From: Basidiobolus meristosporus CBS 931.73
Lineage: Eukaryota; Fungi; Basidiobolomycota
Length of the DNA: 64,000 bases
NCBI GenBank assembly: GCA_002104905.1
Contig: MCFE01000019.1
Coordinates: forward strand, 1-64,000
Direction of reading: 5' to 3'
Shown: positions 1-12,473 of the stretch, in pieces
How positions within the stretch are numbered: position 1 is the stretch's first letter
How the letters are laid out: each line of letters opens with the position of its first letter
Program-made: the position numbers and the translations under genes
Notes under the pieces: generated by a model
The model's database searches: none
What the model was told of the DNA's origin: nothing
The model's input: only the letters and a program-made list of their open reading frames with translations

Positions 1-190
1 TTGAAGAGATCGTATATATTGGTGCTATGCCATCGTTAGTCCAACCAACAATGAAGTTCAGCATACAAACAATTATCCCTACGCTTGGGGTTTCAACAAA
101 TGGGCCACTCTATACATTTAAGATTTGGGTAGGTTTGGTGGTGTACTGTGGATGTACGTTTATTACTACAACAGACAAAGTTGGGCTGCC

Positions 191-685
191 TTACTGCTCC
201 CTGTAGCACACTCTATCAACGACTAGTCGATAGTCTTTCTGTTGCTGTGTGGTTTTATGGTACCCGATTGGGCCGACATCACAATCTGCACAAATCAAAT
301 ACTTGACGCCTGTGTCAGAAAGGGTTTTGGAAAAGCCTACATTCTCGAAGCTCATCATGTCGGAAAGCGCCCAGAATTTGTTCTTATATTCAACTGGTGC
401 TTCCTTACTTTCCTCGGGGGAGTTCAGTAGTCGTGGCAACTCTGGCAGCTGCGGAAGCTATCACAACAAAGGTAAACAAGGGGGAGAATAGTCGATCTTC
501 GGACAACGATGAAGGCCTACCTCGCTTTCCATATCTACCAACTTTCCAACCCCTTTACGCAAAATAAGACAGCGACAATCAGCCAGAGGACAGTATAAAT
601 CGTAAGCATTGTGACCATCCTCTGTAACTAATGAGGCAGGATTAGCAACCTCACTTAAAGGAACACCAGGGTTTTTTCTACTCAT
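191..685 (-). CDS. MSS4: Mss4/RABIF/Dss4-type Rab guanine nucleotide release factor (2 exons: 685-521, 457-191)
   Basis: A GT..AG intron (520-458) joins ORFs 461..685 and 191..439 in frame. The product has the Mss4 zinc ligands LYCPLADCRCLILRKG and YLICADCDVGPIG, plus the signature FWALSDMMSFENVGFSK. Confidence 0.9.
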
Positions 686-1247
686 TACTGACGAAACAAA
701 GAGAGCTTCAATAGTTCTTGATACGCTAGAGTTAATAAGCGATCGTATACGATTCGCTTATCTACCAATAATTGATTATGAGAATATTGACGCATTATTG
801 TTGACAAACGGTGTAACTTAATCGAAGTCTGAGATTTGGATAAATAAGGTGGTTATGTGATTATTCGGGTTCCATTTAATAATCGTTGCTATGTCTCGAC
901 TAGCTCTCCAAATTTCTTTATAAATCTCGACCGACCCAGAAATTTGTCGCCGTTTGTGGTGCTCACCAGACACCTCAACCGTAATCTCGGTGAACGCGTA
1001 ATGCCTTTTGATGTTGTCTATAACGTCGTTTATTATGGTTTGATTGACGAGTAATTTTACATATCAATGATTGACATCCGACAGTCGATGTAGGCTGAAA
1101 AGTCAATCAAGTACAGCACACGCTAGTTTCCAACCCTGTCCATTAATCTTTCCACTGCAGTGAACTACGCTAGATACAATCAATCCTTGAGCCCCCGTTA
1201 TATTAGACCACGTACAAAGCCAGGCATTGAAGATTTCCAATAACAAG

Positions 1248-3133
1248 TTAGCGAGACTCTGCTAATGTGGGGTTCAGCAGAGGCTCGAAAATAGGATCGT
1301 TGAGCTTTCGTAGGGTGTCGAGCTCATGCTAGATATTGAGATGGTAAGCCACCATGAATGTACATACTACAAAGGCATAACAGTTACTTGAAATTGGTCG
1401 CCACATATGGTGTAGAGAAGTGTGTATATATGCAAAAGCAGCTGACTCAAGTTATCCATACCTACAAACATGTACATTGGTTAGCAAGATAAGCGGATTT
1501 GCTCTAAATGGCCAAGCTTACCCCCATTTCGATGCACATTTACCCAAACAACGAGAAGCGCAGTAAGCAAGTCATGGCAGTAGTCATGTATTCTGGAATC
1601 TCTATTTTAGCTTGCTTGTTGCTGGAAAGCTCGAATTTCCAGCCAAACTTACCTCGGCCAAGCGATTTTAATCAGTATCTCAATGCTTTGGGCAGTCTTG
1701 AAATGGATGTCTTTCCCTTGAGGGTCATCAAGAATCGGTAGTTTAAGAGTCTTGGTTAATTCTTTTACTAGAGGCGCGAGATATTGCACAGAAAATGTCC
1801 CCATTGTATCCAGGAATAAGGGGGCTTTTTGAATGATAACACTGCGAATTGCAATATTATCTCCGCCCAAGCTGAACCCATCAATGATGCCATTTAGGAA
1901 TATATCTTCGATTTTTAGCCACCATTCTTTGCTATCTTGAGGATACACTTGGTTGACAAGATGTAGTATTGTATCCAAGGCGGCAGAAAGCAAATCAGCT
2001 TCGACAGCATTACTGCGATATGTCAGGCAGGATGTGAGAGCCTAGAAGACTGAGTCATTGGAATGATATGGACACAAAAGCGTGCTGTGAATGCTTACTT
2101 CGTAAAATACTCGGTCGAGCCCGAGCTTGCGTAACTTTAGTGTATCAACACAATCCAACAACAAATCAAGAAGCTCAACACCAATCACTTTATATCGTAT
2201 GTCAAAATCGTCAATGAGCGTAAGTAGCGGCGGGATGATCAAATCTTGGCAATGTGATAATGCAGTGCTCTACAAATATGGGTTTAATTGTTGAACATGT
2301 CCGAAGTCTGATAATAACATAAAGTACCGTCGCTGTTTGTAAGCACCACCTGAAACCAGTCACCGCGCCAATAAAGTTTGATTTCCAGGCTTGGTTCTCA
2401 TAAAAGTCCTGCGTAGCTGTCTTCCTTCCGCGGTGCTTTTGGAAATCCCTCTCCAAACGAGGATCCCTTTTAAACAATGGCTTGAACTGCTGTTCAAGTA
2501 TATCTTCTAGGCGTGAATCTATCATAGCAGTTACCGAGAGGTCTAGGTTTTGACCCAGCTGATAGAATATCGCTAAAAGCATCAAGGAGCTTCATAAGAA
2601 GTAAGAATATTACAGGTATGAGCAAGAAGCAACAGTACCTGTGACAGAATTACGAATACTCTGGGTGCTCCACGGCATCTCGCCCAAATATCTCGAACAA
2701 GTGAAAATCACTTGATCCAAAAAATGTTCACTCAACGTATTCGCAGGCTGCCACAAAAGAAACCCGATGTATCTTAGTAAATTACCAACAGAAATATATC
2801 AAAGAGGATTTTACCTCTCTCTTGATGAGCTCGAGTAATTCCTTGAATGTAGTTGCTACATTAGCAAAGAATTCATCGTATTCGGTTGAAGAGCACTCTA
2901 GGAGAAACACAAGAGTAAGAAATTATTGAATAAGCAACGATGCATCTTGGAAAATTTGCATATATATGAACGCATAATATTGTTGGGGTGTGACAACATT
3001 ATCGATCTTCGCGTGATGGAATTTTACCTTCTACATCTCGTGCAAACAAGGCTGGTACTTGGAGCCTTTTCAGCAATTCCAAACCATTTGCATGGTCAGT
3101 TGGGTAGTTTGGACCAATCGAGGTTATGGACAT
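1248..3133 (-). CDS. TTI2: Tti2-like ARM/HEAT-repeat subunit of the TTT (Tel2-Tti1-Tti2) complex, multi-exon
   Basis: Several helical ORF pieces are separated by GT-AG introns. Motifs include LEQQFKPLF, ENQAWK, FRWCL, IIPPLLTLIDDFDIRYKVIGVELL and IAWPR. The last exon ends ...LAESR-TAA at 1248. The start at 3133 (MSITSIG) is my best guess. Confidence 0.7.
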
Positions 3134-3558
3134 CTTTGCTTCGCGTAACCCACCAAGCAAAGTGTGTAAAAGGTTTGTATCCTTAAATGCTGTTTGGACA
3201 GAAGGTTGCTTAATTTTAAATATATCTTATCGCTCCAGTTAGATAGAAACATGGGCTCAATTGGGCTTCCCACTCCGATTTTTGATACATGCTCTCCTCT
3301 TCTTTGGGCCCTAAAATTCTACAACATAGAATCTCCAAAAGATCTGCTTAACATTGACATAAAGCTGAATTGGATAAGTTCGAACTTAGGTAGAATACCG
3401 AGAATACGTTTATACTCCAATGGAGGATGATCTGTATTTCCACAATTCAAATCTATGTATGGTTTATCGACGAATCTAAAGCCTACAGTGTAGCCCAATA
3501 AAAGATATCTTTCTACAAGTCTCAACCGAATCCTCCTCAGCAGTTACATATCGAAATA

Positions 3559-4474
3559 ATGTTTTGTCGATGGCTGAAGTTATTGCTATGCCTTACTTTC
3601 CTTACATTAATTGAGGGTAATACCGAGAAGAAGATATTCTCTGGAGAGATTAGTATAATATCTCAGTCAAAAAAGGAGGCAGTAGATGCTTGGAGTAGCC
3701 AGCACGCATGGTATTTTCTTGATAGCTATACACATCATAGCATTTGAAGCCAATGGTAACACGAAGCAAAACAGGAGCAAAATGACTCCACCGTATGGGA
3801 TGTTCAGTAATCAGTCCTTGGAATTCAGTAATAAGTCCTTGGAATCCAGCTGTGGTGAAGTCTTGGATAACATCGCTAACACCAAATGGCAGCAGTGGTT
3901 TATACTGGATCATCTCAAGATAGACGAAGTATATGAAGCACGAGTTTCCTATGCCGCCACGGTACTCTCATATCCCCCTTTCCCTTGAATAATTCACTCA
4001 AATATCATTTCTAGACACCCACTGATTTCATCTTGGCCATTTTCGATTACGAGGAGGTAGCTCAGATACTACAACCGGGTAAAAAGGCTGTGCTCCAGGA
4101 AATAGAAGAGGTAGATCTAACAAAATATGAACCTTCACTTGCTAAGCAATTCCATTTCTAGGTTGAGCACATGTTGGAGACCACTACCAAGTTTTTACGA
4201 ATCAGAGCTAAATACACAGGTGTGTCGCATATACCTGGACGTGAATTGATTCCAGTTAGATATAATTTGGGTATGTCGCTAGAGCCCTTTATGCACTTTA
4301 GTAATATCTGCTAATTCGGTGTTAGTGTTGGAAACGCTCTACCTAGGAATACCATATCAAGCATATAAGGTGGTCTTAGTGATATTAATATGTTGTGCAC
4401 TTGGCGCATTTGTGCTGGTGCCAATCGCCCAATCTTTGGTACTTCAGATTCGAGAAGACAAGCGAGCTGATTAG
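3559..4474 (+). CDS. Pga1-like single-pass secretory membrane protein (putative GPI mannosyltransferase II co-activator), multi-exon
   Basis: Signal peptide followed by NTEKKIF. Splicing gives WFILDHLKIDEVYEARVSYAATTPTDFIL, then YNLVLETLYLGIP and a C-terminal transmembrane helix. The family assignment comes from recalled motifs. Confidence 0.55.
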
Positions 4475-5711
4475 AATACCCCGTAAGCTTAGTTGTCACC
4501 GCAAGTAATTGAACCTTGCACTAAAGCATTTATAAGAACAAGGCATACTTGAGAGATTGAAGTATCTCTTGAAGCTTACACTCATATATTAGTGAGTTGA
4601 ACAACGATGGACCTGTTTTTAAATAAAGTCAATCACCAGTGTTTACGAACAGTATTCGCTGATAACAAGCAGCAGTCTCCCACTGCCACTACACAGGAGT
4701 TGAGCAAGTCGAGAAGAACATGCTTGGACCAGAGTACTACTACACCTTCGATTGATCTGGAAATTAGGCGCTAGATCCACCTGGCCAGATTATTAAGGTA
4801 AGGGTTGGCACAAATGCTGTGCCCATCAGTGTAACTCAAGCCCAAGTAGTTAAATGGTTGCTTGGCTATACAGGTCACAGTACTCTGCCACTCCGAGCCT
4901 ATCAAGTTCATGGTATTTTCTGGCAGTGAGCAACAGTTGTGAAGTGCACGAGTCTGATTTTCATGCTACACACATTACAGTTGTTTCTTTGCCATGCGAC
5001 AGTGCTCGTCACCGTTCTCTCTAAGCGCGACTAAAATGCCGGTAAGCTGGGGCTCAAGTTTCTAGGCGAACCTGGCGATAAGTCCATTTGTATGTGTACC
5101 CAAGTCTACACTTGCAGTCGTTGCGTGCGCATGTTGCGTTGCTATCAATTTGCAAGTGAACATAAATAAGCCTTGAGATTTCAATTTATACCACCTCAAA
5201 CCTTGAATTGGCTACCCAGTCATGAACTATCTCGCTCCTTATTAATTGATGTTTCTTCTCGGTTGAGCGAAGCAATGTAATCCCTTAAATGTTAGAGTAA
5301 ATGTATAATCTTTTGTATTCTAAGTTTAAGTATGATTGGTTAGCCCTTGAAATACATATTGGATTGTTGGTTCAGATGGTTTCTAGGTCACTTGTGACTG
5401 ATATCGTGTGGTTCTTCAAATCGAAAAGAGCGAACCTTTTCCATACCTAAAAGTAGCCGCCGCTAATAGAGCCCTGTCCGCACTTTCCTTTTTCATTCAG
5501 CAAGTCAGTTCTAGGACTCCGATTGTTTTAGGTTTTACTTTACGGCCCACCGACTTGCATAGTACTATTGCGACGAAGCTCAGTTGGGTTGTTGTTTTTT
5601 AAACTTGTTTTCGATATAGCAGGCTCACTGCTGCTAATGCAAGTCCACTCCCTATTGCAACTTCTCTGTTAAATCCAAATTCGCCTGGGCTTTCTCGTCT
5701 ACCCCGCCGCC

Positions 5712-7432
5712 ATGGTTTTCGGCCCTACACGGCCACCGCAGCCTTCAACCTCCTGGGTGAAAGGCTCGTTGTCACCTCGAAGTAACACGAAAGGGAGGTC
5801 CTCCCAGAGTACGCAGCAGAGTGGTGATCTAGAGGTGAAGCCAAACTCACCGCAAAAGGGTATTTAGTCTTCGCTGCATCCAGTCAAGGTTATTGAATAA
5901 TGTGGTTTTGTGAATTCTGTTAGCTGGAGCCCTGCTACATGTACCGTGTAAATTCTATAAGAACGGGGCCTGCAATGCCGGAAAAAACTGTGTTTTTTCT
6001 CATAGCACGCAGGTGAATCCCGAGCATTCAGTATGCAAGTACTATTTGAAGGGGAATTGCAAGTTTGGAAACAAATGTGCCTTACTGCATTCAAAAGGTC
6101 TCCAGGTGTCGAATAACCCCCCAAAGCCTATCGGGAAAACCAGTAGAGGCGGTACGTTTGCAGGCCATCGGCGGGGGAATACAAGCAATGGTTTTCCACT
6201 GCCTTCAGTAGAAAAGACACAGTGGCTAATGGAGCCCCCACAACATGTGCTATTTCACACTGGAGCTCCGCGCACTGTGCATAATCATCAATCCTTTCAT
6301 TTTCCTAGCTCCTTAGGGTCTTCCTGGGATAGCACATTTGCACACGGATCACGGAACCTGTTGTTTTATCGGGATGACTTACTGCTCAATCCTCAGAATC
6401 CATCTAGACAGTCCATCCGCATGCCATCATCAGGTCAAAGCTTGATTGCTGGCAATAAGTTAAGGTTGTCTCCAAGCTTGGAATATCAAGGCGATGCTTA
6501 TCAGGATTCTCTATACATGCCACTTCCAGTAGGAGATCTTCCTCGTTTAGAGCGGTCACGTAGATCGCTTGGTTTAATGTCGAAAGTAGAGCTGAACCCA
6601 GATGCTCTCCAGAATCCCCAAATTCAGGAAAACCTCGGCTACACCCAGGGATTGCATCCTTCATCGCTGGATGTGCTTCTAACACCAGATGAGATCGAGT
6701 CGCGTCGTAGTAGCTTCTTCGGGGGCTCCGTAAATAATACCAACCAACACGGCTTTGATCGTTATGAAGAGGCGTTCATGGGCAATTGGCATGGGCCACT
6801 GGAAATAGGGGTCGCCCCACTAGTCCCTCGTCGAATCTCGTCAAACAGCGATCATGAAATCTTTCCCAACTTACTGAAGAGTAATATGACCGAACGCTCA
6901 AGTGGCTTTTGCTTCGCGGAAGATGTCGCAGGAATCAGCCGCACATTGCCTTTTCCGATAACTATGGTCAATGTTGATTTCCCCCATAACCCATACCAAC
7001 ATGATGCCAATATACCCAAAGTCAATAGCAGACAGCCTTCGTTTGATGAGGAGATTCAGTTCTACATGGAAGAGGAAGCCAGCTTCATGGATCGTTATTC
7101 ATCGCATAACCCGCAGCAGCACCAAGGTAAGTAGCATATGCGATAGCATCACACCACGATTCTAATGAGTTTCTAAACCGCAAGCCAATAACCACAATCC
7201 TCTTGTCGAGGACCTCAACAATAGAAATGACAGCCCGCTCTACAAACACCTGAACTCATTCCACAAGCGAGGCTTACTCGATGATACCTGTCCCTACAAT
7301 CTTGAAGCGAGTGCGACTTTGCAGGGAGCCGATAGACAACACAACCAAGAGGACTCTGACATACGTTTGGACGAGATGCTGGATTCTAAACTAGCGGCTC
7401 TTCTCAAACAATGTGATTTAACTCGGAATTAA
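5712..7432 (+). CDS. Tandem CCCH zinc-finger protein, Lee1/Cps3-like (3 exons)
   Basis: Exon 1 starts at ATG 5712 and splices into HVPCKFYKNGACNAGKNCVFSH...VCKYYLKGNCKFGNKCALLH. A long low-complexity region follows. An intron after ~7127 leads to a final exon ending TAA at 7432. Confidence 0.85.
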
Positions 7433-8180
7433 TATCCGTACTACGAAAGTCGAATCTCGGCTTGTGCGATAAGTATCAAGTTCACAGTTAAAACGTTAAC
7501 CGGGCTAGAAGCGCATAATAGGACAATGACTGAGGTGCTGGTCTTATGAATACGTTGAGAGCAAAGCACACTACTCAAGGGGCAAGCTGAACCAACCACA
7601 AATCACTCCCTATATTCACCAATGGAAATGAAAATGAAACGTGGCTCTAAAGCTCAAGTTCACATCAATAGCAATTTAATACCCTAACCTAACTTCAACA
7701 CCACCTCGTCAAATAATTAAAAGTTGAAGTGAATTAACCCAGCATAAGCAATGGCCGTAACGTGGTAAATTGAGCAGTGGTAGTGTACACCGTATTGAAG
7801 GGTTTCGAGCCTGACAACTGAATGTGCCTTCCCACCAATGAAGAACACGAACATAAATTCCGGGTAGGCCACTTCCCGAACCAACTAGTTTCTAGGCAGC
7901 CTCAACCTCCAACCGTCTTCGTCCACTCTAGCCCATAATGTTGGAATATCTCCACAGTAAGCCCTGGCAACAACCCTCAGAATGAAATTCCTGATGGTAG
8001 CAAAATTTTTCGAGAATTTCCTTACAGGCGTGCGAAAAGATTACGGAATTGCGGAAAATACTGAATTCTCTGGCCAGGTGAGTGCTGAATAATCCACTCA
8101 CCAGTGAATTTCCATCAGCAAGAGAGATATATATAGATACAGCAGTATGACAGTAAAAACACTTTTAAGTTTGAATAGTC

Positions 8181-8753
8181 ATGTCCCCAAGCATACAAGC
8201 AGAGGAGCCCTCCAGCTCCTCACCCATTCCTGAACCTCTACCTAGCAAGCCTGTCGGAAAGGAGAAGGCGAAAAAGCCCTGTCGTGTTTGTGATGATTTT
8301 AAAGTTTGGACCAAGAAAGAGCGAAAAGAAGAGAAAAAAGCCAAGGTTGCTTCGGCTGAGACCGATAAAGTCAACGTTGTCCACTCTGATACAAAGGAAA
8401 GCCCAAAACCTGTGGAATGTCCACCCGATTCACAACAACTAGGCAGAGCCACTTGGACTTTCCTTCACACCATGGCGGCGTATTACCCTGACAATCCCGA
8501 TAAGGAGCAGCAATCTAACATGAAAACTTTAATCAAAAGTTTTTCCAAGTTCTACCCTTGTGGCTATTGTGCCTCGCATCTACAGGAGGAACTTAAGAAA
8601 AACGAGCCCAAAGTGGATAGCAGAAGTGCGTTGTCTAGATGGATGTGTGACATTCATAATGAAGTGAATGAGCGCCTGGGAAAGCCCATTTTTGATTGTA
8701 GTAAGACTGACGAACGTTGGCGGGACGGTCCTAAGGACGGCTCCTGTGACTAG
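8181..8753 (+). CDS. ERV1: FAD-linked sulfhydryl oxidase Erv1/ALR (mitochondrial intermembrane space), intronless
   Basis: N-terminal shuttle motif KPCRVC, CPPDSQQLGRATWTFLHTMAAYYP, catalytic YPCGYCASHL, and CDIHNEVNERLGKPIFDC...ERWRDG. Confidence 0.97.
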   Translation: MSPSIQAEEPSSSSPIPEPLPSKPVGKEKAKKPCRVCDDFKVWTKKERKEEKKAKVASAETDKVNVVHSDTKESPKPVECPPDSQQLGRATWTFLHTMAAYYPDNPDKEQQSNMKTLIKSFSKFYPCGYCASHLQEELKKNEPKVDSRSALSRWMCDIHNEVNERLGKPIFDCSKTDERWRDGPKDGSCD

Positions 8754-9160
8754 ATAAATAAACAATTCAACTTGAAGAATTAGAGCCTAGACTCTCAAGG
8801 CATATATCAAATATCTCTTGTGCTTGCTTGATATCCTTGACTTCGCATCATTGGGATTAGATTCATTCCAGATGCAATTGGATTGTTCAATTTTTGGTAG
8901 AAAATTCTGTGAGAAGGCACACTAAGATACGCGGGTTAAGGCTATGGGAGAGTCGTCGAAATAAGTGTCGCCCATCTATGCCTCATGGATACCACCGAAC
9001 CTAGCTTGGCAAATGATACGGTGCTTGTTTGTCCAGACTCAGATCCCTGGACTGTGTGTGTGTTGATAAGACCATTCATTATTGTTGCGAACTACTTCAT
9101 CAATGTGGAAAGCTAGATAGGTTACGACGCTCCTCACACCCCCCATCTACTTTAGGCTGC

Positions 9161-9165
<5 letters not shown>

Positions 9166-9213
<48 letters not shown>
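9166..9213. repeat. (AG)24 microsatellite
   Basis: Perfect dinucleotide run visible in the sequence. Confidence 0.98.
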
Positions 9214-9214
<1 letters not shown>

Positions 9215-10147
9215 AACAATCTATTTGTTTATACAGCTGCGCTATTACGAGAGTTAGGCACATTAAACCAAACCACAGTCCGGACGCAGCAATGATTGTA
9301 TGAAATTCCACTGTGACACTGTTTATTTACGAAGGTGCCTAGCAAACACTCAGCTTCAAGCTTCCATTTATGATAGAATTTTTGGCTATCCCGGCGACTA
9401 ATATACCCAAGTGTCTATCAGAATAGGCAAAGTTACACCAATGGGACGAAATACGATCATTGCTGCGTTTTGCCTTGCTTCCCAATGCACCAATACATCA
9501 GTTGGGCACACCAACCTTTTTACTACAGATATACAGAGGCACCATCAAAAAGCCGCGAAACTAATGCCGTTGAATAACAAACAACACTCCAAGAACGTTC
9601 ATCACGGGCCATCGCCTGGGGTACCCTAAGCGGAATTAATCGTGTAGAGATCATGCGTGTTGAGCTCGTCACCAAAGTTGCGCGGATGGTCGCGAAATCT
9701 GCTGTTGAATTGGATACTATCATGCATGACATGGCTCGACTCTGAGGTGGAGGAATCAGACATCTACTGGCACAAAGTACGCCAATATCTAGCAATTCGT
9801 CGTCATTTGTGCGGCACTCAGCTTGGATCAAAGCAATCAGCAAGTTCGACCAAATACACTACCTGACATTGGAAGAAAGATCACAGACAGGCAAGCATAC
9901 TAGTTGCGATCCTCATTAATCTAAATAGATCGAGTCCTAACGAGAGGTGTCTGTAATCCGCAATATCGTATTGAAACCAACCTGGCATCGATTCCACTAC
10001 TAATTTCACCCTATCATGAACAACCAAAATCCAATTGGAATTTTCAAGTATAAATTTCGATTTGGAGTTGCACTCTTTCTTCGACACCCAAGAAAGCGGC
10101 GCTTAATCACAAACCAACTTAATTCTTGACGCCTCACATACCCCAGA

Positions 10148-11107
10148 ATGTCTGAACGTAAGGTTTTGAACAAGGTAAGCTCCTCGAACGTGTTTGGGTG
10201 CTTCGCACATATACTAACGGACTTCCAATAGTACTTCCCCCCGGATTTCGATCCAGCTTTAATCCCTAGGCGTAAAATGCCAAAGGACAAACAGCACACA
10301 GTACGTCTCATGACCCCATTCTCCATGCGTTGTGATACTTGTGGCGAATACGTATACAAAGGTAAAAAGTTCAACGCCAAGAAAGAAACGGTCGAAGGGG
10401 AGACCTATCACTCCATCAAGATCTTCCGGTTTTACATCCGTTGTCCAAGATGTTCAGCCGAAATCACCTTCAAGACCGATCCAAAAAACGCTGACTACGT
10501 CGCCGAACACGGAGCAAAGAGAAACTTTGAGCCCTGGCGCGAGGAAGAAGCGGTGGGTGAGGAAAACAAAGCTGAACGTGAGCAAGAGGAGAAGGAGAAC
10601 CCGTTAAAGGCACTTGAAAATCGTACGCTAGACTCCAAGCGAGAGATGGAGATCTTGGATGCCCTGGATGAAATCCGAACTCGAAATGCCAAAAATGAAA
10701 GAGTGCCGGTGGAGGAGATTTTGGAAAAGCTGGCCAATAACGATCCAGTAGTCGCGGATAGGGTTCGCGAGGAGTTAAGGGACGAAGAGATCGCCAAGGC
10801 GATCTTCAAAACGGCCGACGGGGAATCTGTTAAACGGATCGTGGACGAAGAAGAACCCGATCCAGTGGAGCTTGTCAAAGCAACTTCAGGTCTGGGTGCG
10901 GTCTCGTTTACGGCACCTACCGAGCCCAAGCGTCGCAAAGTAGTGAGCAGCAGATTCGGAATCATTGTCAAGAAAAGTAATGACGCTTCCAAAACTGCGA
11001 CTGAGAAGGAGGCGCCGAAGCCACAGGACAAGCCGACTGCGGAGCCAGTAGGACTGGGCTCTCTTCTTGGAGCTTATGGCAGTGATAGCGAAAGTGACGA
11101 CGAATAA
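10148..11107 (+). CDS. YJU2: Splicing factor Yju2/CCDC94 (2 exons; intron 10175-10231)
   Basis: MSERKVLNK|YFPPDFDP start, [17 protein letters not shown] and [25 protein letters not shown] zinc knuckles, and [22 protein letters not shown]. Confidence 0.97.
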
Positions 11108-12473
11108 GTGTCTGCAGAGATAGTCAACCATGATGAATCATATGTAAGTATTGATTGAAGTTTGTATTTTAAGAGAATAAATAGAATTCCTCCGACAATA
11201 GCCCTAAACCATTGTTGCCCTCCATTTGAAGGTTATGGTCCGTGGGCTACGTGCTTGCTTCTATGAAACATCTATCGAGAGAAGACTAGATTGATTTAGG
11301 TTTACTAAATTGAGAGAACCTTCTAGTGGTGGGGTGACTTGCTCGAGAAGGCTTGTTGAAAATTCTTTTCATGGTCAAAAGGGTACTTCGGCGGATACAG
11401 TCTTGTGTCGCCACTTATCAGTGTTGGTGTGGGGTCAAGGCCATCTCAATGTAAGTGCTGGCATTGTATTGGTGCTGACCAGCATGCCCAGTCATTTTCA
11501 TACCAGGAGTGATCTCCAACAGCTGAAGCATAGAAAAAAGTAGTGCCATAACCGCTTTGATATACGTGCGCCTTTGTTGATCCTTGGATTTTTGACCTCC
11601 GCGTGATGTAACGGATAAAGTCGGGATCAGCAGAGTATCAAGGTACATCACAAGTTAGTATGTGGATTTCTCTCATACCCTATGAAAAATATCAAACTTG
11701 GATTTCATACAGTATCCTGCTGGTATTCTACTGGTTTTTTTTAATCAAATTTTCAAGTGTAAATATCTCTGGTGTTAGTGAGTTGACTGTTGCCATATAT
11801 GACCTGAGAATCACTCAGTCACAATGCCTTCTAGCCCATTGGTCTACTTATCCTCAAGAAGGCTAGAGCTTTGGGCATTGAAAGTTGTAACTTTAAGGGA
11901 AATTGGATTTCTAATCTTGCCACTTTTGTACTCCTAGCCAAAGGTACTGGTATAGTAAGCTCTGGTATAATGCCATGAACTGTCTAAATAGAGTAGGATA
12001 CAATCAGACTCCATACACAACTTGAGGCTAATGCTTTTGGCATTGACACTGGGTTGAAACAACCACCACATTTACCTTTTTTGCCTTTTGAAATCTTGGG
12101 GCAAGTATCAGGGACTTGGTGGTAACAGGGATTTATCCTGATAAGTGGGTCAAGTCTGAAACTTCAAAATACTGTGGGTCATGGAGTAAATCTTAGTCCC
12201 AATATTTCATCCATTATGTATATCTGCATCAGCAATATCCCTGCACAAAATATAAAGCCTAGATATCAAACATCAAATCAGTACAAAATAGGATCTTTGA
12301 CTCTGTATGGACTGAAATATCATCAAAAACATTAGAAAAACACAATCTTGAAGTTTGACTGTGAGTGCTTGTTCCAATATTCCTGATGTTCATCACAAAC
12401 TAGGCTCCATGGAGCTGGCATTGTAAAAAATTAGGAGATTTTGGAAGTGATTGGATGATCAAACTTGTAGTCA

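Noticed and set aside
9029-9295. ORF containing an ERERER run
   Set aside because: It is a translation of the (AG)24 microsatellite, not a coiled-coil protein.
9520-9920. Plus-strand frame with an in-frame TGA (9743-9745) followed by GGG codons, considered as selenocysteine readthrough
   Set aside because: The same frame has an upstream TAA, there is no redox motif or selenoprotein resemblance, and I see no SECIS. A decayed fragment or chance is more likely.
10495-11031. Long antisense ORFs over YJU2 (likewise over ERV1, the LRR gene, VPS24, 14-3-3 and ASK1)
   Set aside because: These are antisense shadows of real coding sequence, with no independent motifs.
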